64,000 bases of DNA from Eledone cirrhosa (Eukaryota), in NCBI GenBank assembly GCA_964016885.1, contig OZ024754.1, positions 12,462,001 to 12,526,000 of the forward strand. Reading direction: 5' to 3'. Below are positions 50,551-64,000 of the stretch, piece by piece; positions within the stretch are counted from its first letter, which is position 1; each line of letters begins with the position of its first letter. A program made the translations under genes and the position numbers. The notes under the pieces were generated by a model. The model ran no database searches. It had not been told where the DNA came from and worked only from the letters and a program-made list of their open reading frames with translations.

Positions 50551-51008
50551 AAGGGCAAAGGAGCTCTTAAGAGTCAATGGCCATCCAAAATCAATGGGAG
50601 AGATGATCCCTTAGCCTTTGTCAAGGCAGAATTCTAGGAGAAGGAAAACTCTGATATAACACCTGCAACCCTGATGGTATCCAATGATGTTGACTTGTTC
50701 TTCTTTTTGGTAAATATCATCTTGGTTAAGAGAGTGGGACTGGCTTTGTGCAGTGCCTTTGCTCACTATAAAAGCTTCACGGCACAGGCATTGCTTTATA
50801 TCTGGAGATCTCTCTGCACTTGTCGTCACATGGTACCATGGGCCCAGCATTATGTGTCAATAATTGTCACAAGTGTAGTGTTTGTACCAGAGTTTTCAAG
50901 TCGCTGGCTGGACTAAAAAGTCACACTCGTTCAGCGCATTGGTAGGGGTTCTCCTACATGGATATAAAGTAGTGGCCGTACTCGAAAACGAGTTGGCAGC
51001 CACCATGT
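50551..51008 (+). mobile_element. Bipartite non-autonomous RTE-like element (5' UTR joined to 3' end with C2H2 finger)
   Basis: 5' part matches 48135-48404; 50868-50945 reads HKCSVCTRVFKSLAGLKSHTRSAHW*; then hairpin actcg-aaaa-cgagt. Confidence 0.6.
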
Positions 51009-51809
51009 ATATATGTAGTTATATATGTCTATAGGTATATGTAGGTATATATGTATGTATATATAGATACATATGTAGGTATATATAAATAGATACACAT
51101 GTAGGTATATATATATATATATAGATACATATGTATGTATATATAGATACATATGTAGGTATATATAAATAGATACACATGTAGGTATATATAAATAGAT
51201 ACATATGTATGGCCAAATGAGGTGTTGAGCTGTGAGTTCCACTAACATCATGTCAATATTTACGTGATCATCACAGAAAGCTAACCTCCCATGTTATACA
51301 TATGAATCAAAAGAGAAAGATATACTATGGCATTGGGTTATCTAAAATTGTTGATTTACATGGTTGTTAAAAGTGGGGAAAACACGAAGTGAATAAATTA
51401 TTGGGATAGCAAACCATGAGTCATCTGTTGATATTCACTGCATAATAAATCTAGTAGTTCTGCACACTAGTGAAAACTAAGTCACACATCACATAATTAT
51501 GTCATATCTATGAGCAGAACATTCAATTTAATATGCCTTACTTCAATTAGTTTTCAATAATATGAAAATATGAAACATGTCATCATCATCATCATCGTTT
51601 TTACATCCGTTTTTCCACACTTGCATGGTTTGGACAGGTCCTTCTCAGCGCAGCATCTCTCCACCTGATAGGTTTCTTTGTCAGCTCTTCTGTAAGTCTC
51701 AGCGATTTAAGGTCAGTTCTCACCACCTCTGCCCAGGCCTTTCTTGGTCTACCTCTGAACAAAATACCTTGTGATGTTAGGTATTTATTTTGGCACTTGG
51801 TATTCCATG

Positions 51810-51884
<75 letters not shown>

Positions 51885-52156
51885 GAAAATATAGAAATTA
51901 TTGTGAGCAAGAAGCCAACAGTATTTCAAATATATAAGTGACTATAACGTCAAAATGGAAAATAATTAACGTAAGATATGGGAAAATAATTCAAACTCAA
52001 TATATATATACAGGGATGATTTGTTATGCCTTCATCACTTTTATTGATTGGTGACATGTGTTTCGCTACTGATCAGCTCAAGATTCGATCTGTATCGATC
52101 TGGCCCGACTCTGTTGCTCACCTGGGTGAACCTACAGGAACTTCATGTTACACTCC

Positions 52157-52219
<63 letters not shown>

Positions 52220-52222
<3 letters not shown>

Positions 52223-52550
52223 AGAAGGCACTTCGTTGGTTACGACAAGACAACGAGTGTTCCAGTTGATCCGATCAATGGAACAGCCTATTCTTGAATT
52301 AATGTGCAAGTGGCTGAGCATTCCACAAACTTTCACGCCCTTAACATAGTTCTCAGGGAGATTCGGCATGACTCAGAATGTGACAAGGCTGGTCCTTCGA
52401 ATTACAGGTACAACTCATTTTTGCCAGCTGAGTGGACTGGAGCAACGTGAAATAAAGTGTCTTGCTCAAGGATACAATGTGTCGCCGGGAATTGAACTCA
52501 AAATCTTACGATCATGAGCCAAATTCCCTAACCACAAAGCCACCGCACTT
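52220..52550 (-). mobile_element. tRNA-derived SINE (older family)
   Basis: Core tccttgagcaagacactttatttcacgttgctccagtccactcagctggcaaaaatgagt; B box gagttcaattcc. Confidence 0.75.
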
Positions 52551-52977
52551 TATATATATATATATATAGGTTGGTGTTAGGAAGGGCATCCAGCTGTAGA
52601 AACCAAGCCAAAATCAGTTCTGTATAAACAAAGCATAGTCACCTGACCTAGCATTGCCCACAACAGGGCAACTCTCGCCTAACCCAATCTAGCGTTGAAG
52701 AATGGATGTAAAACAGTGATGATGATATATATATATATATATGTATATATGATGATGATGATATATATATGATAATGATATATTTATATATATGATGATG
52801 ATATATATATGATGATGATATATATATATATATATATATGTATGATGATATATATATATATGATGATATATATATGATGATATATATATATATGATGATA
52901 TATATATATGATGATATATATATATATTATGATGATATATATATATATATATTATGATGATATATATATATATATGA

Positions 52978-54665
52978 CTAGCAGATTTACCGGGCGTTGC
53001 TTGGGGTTTGAAATTATGCTAAGAATATACAGCTAGGAAGTAAAAGAAGAACATTATTTGTCCCCAACCTGTCAAAATAAGCAGAATTCTTCAATAATTA
53101 ATGCAAACGCATATTTAGTGCAATCTTTGTACACATAAAACTATGCTGATAATGAAGGAAAACACTGAACAGGATGTAGTTATACAAATGATTAAAGACA
53201 AAACACGTTGCAAATCTGTAAAAAAACAGGCAGTTTTGCTAAAGTACAAAAAGTTGTAATGAAAGCAGACTTTATACAAACAAAAAAAAAACAATGAGAG
53301 TAGAATAAGAGAAAATCTATTCTTTGAGAGCATCCTTTGCTGTGTATGGTTAAATTTTGAATTTATAATCCCAAATATCCTGCATGACATATTCATTGGT
53401 ATGTTTTGTAATGAGTAAGGTGAAGTCAAGGCAGAGCTGTAATAAGTTTTTTTGTTAACACTAAAGCACTTCAGGATAGACGATATTCTTTGTTTTTCTT
53501 TTCGGAAAAAACGCAAAGAGATTATCTCGACTGCCAACTCGTGAGCAGGCAACGTAGAATTGTCCGTGCGAAAAGCAAGGTTCATCCAAGTGAATTCCAG
53601 TGACGGACAGAGTTTGACCTTGCGACTTGTTTATGGACTTCGCAAAGGCAACACGAAGGGGAAATTGTGTTCGGCGAAAGGAGATGGGAGTATCCACGCC
53701 TGATGTAGTCAGGCTAATTTTTGCTATTATCACATCCTCGCCTTTTCCCCATCCGGATAGAATGGTAGCGTCAATACTAAGTGGAGACAGTTTTTTAACC
53801 ACAAGGCGTGTATCATTGCATAGTTTTGGAGGAGTGATATTTCTCAGCAAAATAACTGGCGTTCCCTCTTTCAGAACCAATGTATTAGGAGGTAAACCAG
53901 GAGGATTTAAAGAATTCAGAAATTCAACTGGATAGTTGACCGCATCCTGTGGATCACATACAGTATCAATAGATTTATATATCCGTGGACATCCAGAAAG
54001 AATCCTGTTCAGTATGTTCCTTCATTGTCAAAAAAGCTGGAAGCATAGATAATGCCTGCCTCAAATGTGGACGAAATTACTTTAAAAATGTAAAAGCTGT
54101 AGGTCCCAATGGTTTGAATGGAAAGTCCCATAAGGATTGTTCTAAAAATAAACAAACCATCATCAAAATCTCGTCAATTCGAGACTGCTGCGAGATTAGG
54201 CCCTTACCTCGAAAATTAACACTTAATATAGTGAAACAAGTTAAAACAATAAGTGTTTTTTTAAAACTTTGAAAGTGCAACAAAGAATAAACAAGAAACA
54301 AACGATGTTTATATTTCTGAAATTTCGTCCGACGATAATTGTTGTTTTAAAATTGAAAACGAAGGTCTCCATATCTCACTCTCTTTATAACGATTATCAA
54401 TTAAGTTGGTTATCTCCCTTTTTTTTATAAGGATTGTCAATAAAGTTGGTTATCTCCCTTACATCAATTTTGCTACCGATAATTTTGATATCGATTTTTT
54501 ATTGCTCAACGTGGGTCGATTAGAAAATTTATGATGTGACCATCTTAGCGACCTGTGCAACGTGCACAGAAAATTTGGTCAAATTCGGTTGGTAATTGTA
54601 AAAGCCTTAGGTATCCAAAGTTGTACACAGACACACACACATCCTCACTTTTATATATATAAAGA
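52978..54665 (-). mobile_element. Non-autonomous Helitron (1688 bp) carrying a PIF1-helicase C-terminal fragment
   Basis: Minus strand begins A|TC (54665) and ends CTAG|T (52978) with a subterminal GC-rich hairpin; no TSD. Confidence 0.85.
53461..53995 (-). pseudogene. Helitron RepHel PIF1-like helicase C-terminal remnant
   Basis: GTPVILLRNI, LCN, QFPLRVAFAKSINKSQGQTL, FSHGQFYVACSRV, TKNIVYPEVL*. Confidence 0.9.
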
Positions 54666-54956
54666 TGATATATATATATGATGATATATATGATGATATA
54701 TATATATATATATATATATATGATGATGATATATATATATATATATATATATATGATACATATATATGATGATATATATATATATGATAATGATATATAT
54801 ATATGATGATTTATATATATATATGATAATGATATATATATATATGATGATATATATATATGATATATATATATATGATGATGATATATATATATATATG
54901 ATATATATATATATATATATGACGATATATATATATGATGATATATATATATGATG

Positions 54957-55030
<74 letters not shown>

Positions 55031-55160
55031 ATATATTTATATATATGATGATATATATATATATATATGATGATATATATATATATGATGATATATATAT
55101 ATGATGATATATATATATATGATGATATATATATATGATGATATATATATATATATATAT

Positions 55161-55200
<40 letters not shown>

Positions 55201-55577
55201 ATATATTTATATATATATGATGATATATATATATATATATATATATGATGATGATATCAAGCTGCCATTTGTATCTTTGACATGTTGCTAAGGTAAACTT
55301 TAAAGCCATGTATGAAGGGATCAAGTTCGGAGGTAGAGAACTAACGCTAGACATTTGGTGAGTTCTACAACCATATTTTCAAATTACTCTGACATTAGCC
55401 AAGGACTGAAGGGTTTCACTTCACACCAAGTTTTATTTACAACTTTATTATATTTATCTCACTTCATTCCCAACAGTTAAAGCACATTTCCATTTCACTC
55501 ACACATATCTTACACATATCTATACATACATGAATGCTTACACAATACACATTCACATGCTTACACAACACACACAT

Positions 55578-55604
<27 letters not shown>

Positions 55605-55617
<13 letters not shown>

Positions 55618-58600
55618 TTCCATACACACACATAAACACATATATACACATTAATATACACTTCCATACACACACATAAACACATATATACACATTAATA
55701 TACACTTCCTTACACACACATAAACACACATAAACACACATATACACTTCCATACACACACATAAACACACATATACACTTCCATACACACACATAGACA
55801 CATATATACACATTAATATACACTTCTATACACACACATAAACACACATACACACATATAAACACATATATACACATTAATATACACTTCCACAGACACA
55901 CATAAACACATATATACACATTAATATACACTTCTATACACACACATAAACACATATATACACATTAATATACACTTCCTTACACACACATAGACACATA
56001 TATACACATTAATATACACTTCCATACACACACATAGACACATATATACACATTAATATACACTTCCATACACACACATAAACACATATATACACATTAA
56101 TATACACTTCCTTACACACACATAAACACACATAAACACACATATACACTTCCATACACACACATAAACACACATATACACTTCCATACACACACATAGA
56201 CACATATATACACATTAATATACACTTCTATACACACACATAAACACACATACACACATATAAACACATATATACACATTAATATACACTTCCACAGACA
56301 CACATAAACACATATATACACATTAATATACACTTCTATACACACACATAGACACATATATACACATTAATATACACTTCCTTACAAACACATAGACACA
56401 TATATACACATTAATATACACTTCCATACACACACATAGACACATATATACACATTAATATACACTTCCTTACACACACATAAACAATTATATACACATT
56501 AATATACACTTCCATACACACACATAAACACATATATACACATTAATATACACTTCCATACACACACATAGACACATATATACACATTAATATACACTTC
56601 CATACACACACATAGACACATATATACACATTAATATACACTTCCTTACACACACATAGACACATATATACACATTAATATACACTTCCATACACACACA
56701 TAGACACATATATACACATTAATATACACTTCCTTACACACACATAAACAATTATATACACATTAATATACACTTCCATACACACACATAAACACATATA
56801 TACACATTAATATACACTTCCATACACACACATAGACACATATATGCACATTAATATACACTTCCTTACACACACATAAACACATATATACACATTAATA
56901 TACACTTCCATACACACACATAAACACATATATACACATTAATATACACTTCCTTACACACACATAAACACATATATACACATATACACTTCCATACACA
57001 CACATAGACACATATATACACATTAATATACACTTCCTTACACACACATAGACACATATATACACATTAATATACACTTCCATACACACACATAGACACA
57101 TATATACACATTAATATACACTTCCTTACACACACATAAACACATATATACACATTAATATACACTTCCATACACACACATAAACACATATATACACATT
57201 AATATACACTTCCTTACACACACATAAACACACATAAACACACATATACACTTCCATACACACACATAAACACACATATACACTTCCATACACACACATA
57301 GACACATATATACACATTAATATACACTTCCTTACACACACATAGACACATATATACACATTAATATACACTTCCATACACACACATAGACACATATATA
57401 CACATTAATATACACTTCCTTACACACACATAAACAATTATATACACATTAATATACACTTCCATACACACACATAAACACATATATACACATTAATATA
57501 CACTTCCATACACACACATAGACACATATATGCACATTAATATACACTTCCTTACACACACATAAACACATATATACACATTAATATACACTTCCATACA
57601 CACACATAAACACATATATACACATTAATATACACTTCCTTACACACACATAAACACATATATACACATATACACTTCCATACACACACATAGACACATA
57701 TATACACATTAATATACACTTCCTTACACACACATAGACACATATATACACATTAATATACACTTCCATACACACACATAGACACATATATACACATTAA
57801 TATACACTTCCTTACACACACATAAACACATATATACACATTAATATACACTTCCATACACACACATAAACACATATATACACATTAATATACACTTCCT
57901 TACACACACATAAACACACATAAACACACATATACACTTCCATACACACACATAAACACACATATACACTTCCATACACACACATAGACACATATATACA
58001 CATTAATATACACTTCCTTACACACACATAGACACATATATACACATTAATATACACTTCCATACACACACATAGACACATATATACACATTAATATACA
58101 CTTCCTTACACACACATAAACAATTATATACACATTAATATACACTTCCATACACACACATAAACACATATATACACATTAATATACACTTCCATACACA
58201 CACATAGACACATATATACACATTAATATACACTTCCATACACACACATAGACACATATATACACATTAATATACACTTCCTTACACACACATAGACACA
58301 TATATACACATTAATATACACTTCCATACACACACATAGACACATATATACACATTAATATACACTTCCTTACACACACATAAACAATTATATACACATT
58401 AATATACACTTCCATACACACACATAAACACATATATACACATTAATATACACTTCCATACACACACATAGACACATATATGCACATTAATATACACTTC
58501 CTTACACACACATAAACACATATATACACATTAATATACACTTCCATACACACACATAAACACATATATACACATTAATATACACTTCCTTACACACACA

Positions 58601-59100
58601 TAAACACATATATACACATATACACTTCCATACACACACATAGACACATATATACACATTAATATACACTTCCTTACACACACATAGACACATATATACA
58701 CATTAATATACACTTCCATACACACACATAGACACATATATACACATTAATATACACTTCCTTACACACACATAAACACATATATACACATTAATATACA
58801 CTTCCATACACACACATAAACACATATATACACATTAATATACACTTCCTTACACACACATAAACACACATAAACACACATATACACTTCCATACACACA
58901 CATAAACACACATATACACTTCCATACACACACATAGACACATATATACACATTAATATACACTTCCTTACACACACATAAACACATATATACACATTAA
59001 TATACACTTCCTTACACACACATAAACACATATATACACATTAATATACACATATATATACATTAATATACACATATATATACATTAATATACACATATA
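55605..59100. repeat. 44-bp satellite with higher-order structure
   Basis: Unit cacattaatatacacttcc(a/t)tacacacacata(g/a)acacatatata; variant blocks recur at 402, 686 and 950 bp spacing. Confidence 0.92.
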
Positions 59101-59459
59101 GACACCTTAATATACATATATACACACATTAACATTCACATTAATATACACATATATACACATTAATATACACATATATACACATATGTATATATATATA
59201 CAAATTAATATACACATATATACACATATATATACACATATATACAAATTAATAAACACATATATACATACACATATATATATACACACATATATATATA
59301 TACACACATATATATATATACACATATTTACAAATTAATAAACATATATGCACACACACATATATATATATATACACACATATATACACACACACATATA
59401 TATATATACACACATATATACAAATTAATAAACACATATATACACACATATATATATAA

Positions 59460-59556
<97 letters not shown>

Positions 59557-59576
59557 CACATATATACAAATTAGAT

Positions 59577-59917
59577 GGAGGCACATGGCTCAGTGGTTAG
59601 AGCATTGGCCTTGCAATCGAAAGGTTGTGAGTTCAATCCTCAGACCGGGTGATGTGTTGTTTCCTTAAGCAAGACACTTTATTTCACATTGCTCCAGTTT
59701 ACTCAGCTGTAGAAATGAGATGATAGGGACTGGGGTCCAAATCATTCCCCTGCAAAGTGGTTGTGGGGGTGCCACGACAAAAAAGCACCCAGCACTCACT
59801 GTAAATGAGGTTGGTGTTAGGAAGGGCATCCAGCTGTAGAAATCAAGCCAGAATCAGTTCCTGTCCCACCCTTGCAAGCAGGGAAAAGCGGACGTAAAAT
59901 GATGATGATGATGATGA
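59577..59917 (+). mobile_element. tRNA-derived SINE with RTE-derived tail
   Basis: Full-length copy of the 10455-10795 family. Confidence 0.88.
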
Positions 59918-60900
59918 TATATATATACAAATTAATAAACACATGGGTGAAAAAATAAAATAGTAAAGAAAATTGCAAAGAAAGATGAAGAGAAATGGAG
60001 AATGTATAGCTGAGCAAATGTGCATCACACCGATTAACTCATCATAAAATCTGTGGTGCAACAAAATTAATTTAATCTTCTGCGCGTCAACAACACCAAT
60101 GCTATCAAGCCATCCTCGCCACTCACTCTCAAGTTTTTTGGGGTTTGTTTGCTTTGCTTCATTTCTTCTTCTTTTATCAGAGATGACAAGGATAGCTCTG
60201 TGGTTTCATTATGGTGTTGGTGGTAGGTGGTGGTGGTGGTGGTGGTAGGTGGTGGTAGGTGGTGGTGGTGGTGGTGGTAGGTGGTGGTAGGTGGTGGTGG
60301 TGGTGGTGGTAAGTGGTGGTGAAGTGTGTGGTGGTGGTTTCATTATGTTGGTGGTGGTTTCATTATGGTGTTGGTGGTAGGTGGTGGTGGTGGTAGGTGG
60401 TGGTGGTGGTGGGTGGTGGTGGTGTGGTGACAGTGGTGGTGAAGTGTGTGGTGGTGGTTTCATTATGTTGGTGGTGGTGGTGGTAGTGGTGGTGGTGGTG
60501 TGGTGACAGTGGTGGTGAAGTGTGTGGTGGTGGTTTCATTATGTTGGTGGTGGTGGTGGTAGTGGTAGTGACAGTGGTGGTGGTGGTGGTGGTGGTGGTG
60601 GCGGTGGTGGTGGTAGGTGGTGGTAGTGAAGGTGGTATTAGCAGTTGGTGATGGTGCTGGTGACAGTAGTGGTGATAGCTAGTGGGGCTGTAGTGAGTGG
60701 TGGTGGTGTTGGTAGCTGAGGGGGTTAGTTGTTAGTGGTAGTGATGGTGGTGGTAGTGGTGGTGCTGGTGGGGTTAATTGCTAGAGGTAGTGATGATGGT
60801 GGTATTAACAGATGATACGCTGGGGGTATTTGGTTGAAGATGGTATCTTTCTCCATCATCTCCTTCATCTTTGCACTCCAGCCAAATGTCACCAACACCT

Positions 60901-62897
60901 CACCACACTACACTATATTACACCATACCATACTGTGTTACACTACACTACACTATATTACACCATACCATACTGTGTTACACTACACTACACTATATTA
61001 CACCATACCATACTGTGTTACACTACACTACACTATATTACACCATACCATACTGTGTTACACTACACTACACTATATTACACCATACCATAATGTGTTA
61101 CACTACACTACACTATATTACACCATACCATACTGTGTTACACTACACTAGACCAAATCACACTACATCACACACACCACACTACACTACACTATATTAC
61201 ACCATACCATACTGTGTTATACCACACCACACCACACTACAAAACACTAAACCAACCACACTACATAACACCACACCACACCAGACCACACTACACTACA
61301 CCACACAACACTACACCACACTACACTACACTACACTACACTAGACCAGACCACACTACACTACACCACATAACACAACACTACACAATGCCACACTACA
61401 CGACATCACACCACACCACACCACACTACACCACACAACACTACACCACACCACACCACACTACACCACACCACACCACACCACACCACACCACACTACA
61501 CCACACAACATTACACCACACCACACCACACTACACCACACAACACTACACCACACCACACCACACTACACCACACCACACCACACCACACCACACCACA
61601 CTACACCACACAACATTACACCACACCACACCACACTACACTACACAACACTAGGCTACACTACACTACACCATGCCACACTACACAACATCACACCAGA
61701 CCACACTACACTACACAACACCACACTACACCACACCACACCACACCACACCACACCACACTACACTACACTACACCACACCACACTACACTACACAACA
61801 CTAGGCTACACTACACTACACCATGCCACACTACAGAACATCACACCAGACCACACTACACTACACAACACCACACTACACCACACCACACCACACCACA
61901 CCACACCACACCACACTACACCACACCACACTACACCACACCACACTACACCACACCACACTACACAACACCATGCCACACTACACAACATCACACCAGA
62001 CCACACTACACTACACCACACCACACCACACCACACCACACCACAATACACCACACTACACAACACCACACCATACTACACAACACCACACCACACTACA
62101 CAACACCACACCACACCACACCACACAACATCACACCAGACCACACTACACCACACCACACAACACCACACCACACCACACTACACCACACCACACTACA
62201 CTACACAACACTAGACTACACTACACTACACCATGCCACACTACGTAACATCACACCAGACCACACTACACCACACCACACCACACTACACTACACCACA
62301 CCACACCACACTACACTACACCATGCCACACTACACTACACCACACCGCACTACACCAGACCACACTACACCACACTACACCACACCACACCACACTACA
62401 CTACACCATGCCACACTACACAACATCACACCAGACCACACTACACTACACCACACCACACTACACCATCCCACACCACACTACACTACACCACACCGCA
62501 CTACACCAAACCACACCACACTACACCACACCACACTACACCACACCACACTACACTACACCATGCCACACTACACTACACCACACCACACTACACTACA
62601 CCATACCACACTACACAACATCACACCAGACCACACTACACCACACCACAGCATACTACACTACACTACACCACACCACACTACACTACACCATGCCACA
62701 CTACACAACATCACACCAGACCACACTACACTACACCACACCACACCACACTACACCATCCCACACCACACTACACTACACCACACCACACCACACTACA
62801 CCACACCACACCACACTACACTACACCACACTACACTACACCAGACCACACTACACTACACCATGCCACACTACACCACACCACAATACACCACACT
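60901..62897. repeat. 40-bp minisatellite grading into a (CACYA)n pentamer tract
   Basis: cactacactacactatattacaccataccatactgtgtta x about 7, then CACCA/CACTA repeats. Confidence 0.9.
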
Positions 62898-63639
62898 GTG
62901 CCAGAAAGTTGCAAGATGTGTGCATGTGTGTGTGTCTGTGTGTGCATATGTGTGTATATATGAGTTGGGGGGTGGGGGTGCATGCATATGCATGTATGTA
63001 TCTGTGTGTGTGTGTGTGTGTGTGTGTGTTTGTTTGTATGTGTTTGTGTGTGTTTGTGTGTGTATTTGTTTTTGTTTTTTTTACTTACATTTTAAACAGT
63101 ATAATATAACTTACAGAAGGTAGAATTAAGTTATTTCTTTTAAGCGGATCATATCCCACAGCTGCAGGCAAGCATAAACTGATATATTTTAAGAAAAATA
63201 ATGTTGCATAGAATAGCACACAACAGGATTATTGAACACTTCTCTATATGAAAGCCTATAAATGTACTGCAACATGTAGTGGAGTTGCCGATAGCATTGC
63301 TGAACATATTATTCTACAAGAAAATGAAACACACATTTTAAGCATACTAATACGCTATAAACTGTTTAATAGTCTTGTCTGTACAGCATTTGAAATAATT
63401 TTATTTTGTTAACATTTGTCAGGTCTATGGCAAGAAATATGAAAGAGAATCTGTAGTAAAGATACAGTGACACAGCATGGCCACTTCCCACAGTTAGCTA
63501 GAAGCAGTTGAAGAAGGGTAACATTCCCCCAACAAGTTATGTGACAAGCATATAACCTATATCAGGATCAACAGGTTCCAAGACTGGTAGCTCTATTACT
63601 TATCATAGATGCAGGATGACTATATAGTTAGGAAGCTAG

Positions 63640-64000
63640 CTAAAACTAAATTTAGCTATGTGGTTAAGAGTTTTACTAAAGCTATGTGGTTAAGAAGCTA
63701 AATTTAGCTATGTGGTTAAGAATTTTACTAAAGCTATGTGGTTAAGAAGCTAAATTTAGCTATGTGGTTAAGAATTTTACTAAAGCTATGTAGTTAAAAA
63801 ACTAAATTCAGCTATGTAGTTAAGAGTTTTACTAAAGCTATGCGGTTAAGAAGCTAAATTCAGCTATGTAGTTAAGAGTTTTACTAAAACTATGTGGTTA
63901 AAAGACTAAATTTAGCTATGTGGTTAATAGTTTTACAAAAACTATGTGGTTAAGAAGCTAAATAAAGCTATGTGGTTATAAAGTTAAATTTAGCTGTGGT
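63640..64000. repeat. 52-bp (28+24) dimeric minisatellite
   Basis: Unit aaatttagctatgtggttaagagttttactaaagctatgtggttaagaagct; continues to the window end. Confidence 0.85.

Noticed and set aside
52040-52130. Minus-strand GAAA-cacatg-TC hammerhead-like half
   Set aside because: The upstream core reads CAGGTGA and stem I does not pair; at best a decayed relic.

Overview
Very repeat-rich, AT-rich eukaryotic genomic DNA, most likely from an octopus or other cephalopod (inferred from the tRNA-derived SINE families with RTE-type ATG tails and the 5S sequence). Most ORFs in the supplied track are microsatellite artefacts. The real coding remnants are RTE and CR1-type LINE fragments, two DD37D (maT-type) Tc1/mariner transposase relics, a 1.7-kb non-autonomous Helitron with a PIF1-helicase fragment, and one convincing host exon (450 bp, phase 1-1, EGF-like domain, minus strand, 19509-19958). 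The most interesting signal is non-coding. About ten unrelated short elements, mostly lodged in (TA)n tracts, each carry a type I hammerhead ribozyme motif (stem I-CUGANGA-stem II-GAAA-palindromic stem III-UH) of the kind associated with Penelope-like retroelements. Several are head-to-head fold-back palindromes. One family (two copies, near 11.4 and 40.8 kb) has an unusually long (104-116 nt), covarying stem II. A terminator-less 5S rRNA copy sits in a TA tract with the same kind of 5' fold-back, suggesting it was mobilised by the same machinery. All structures were read by eye; none was folded or searched computationally.
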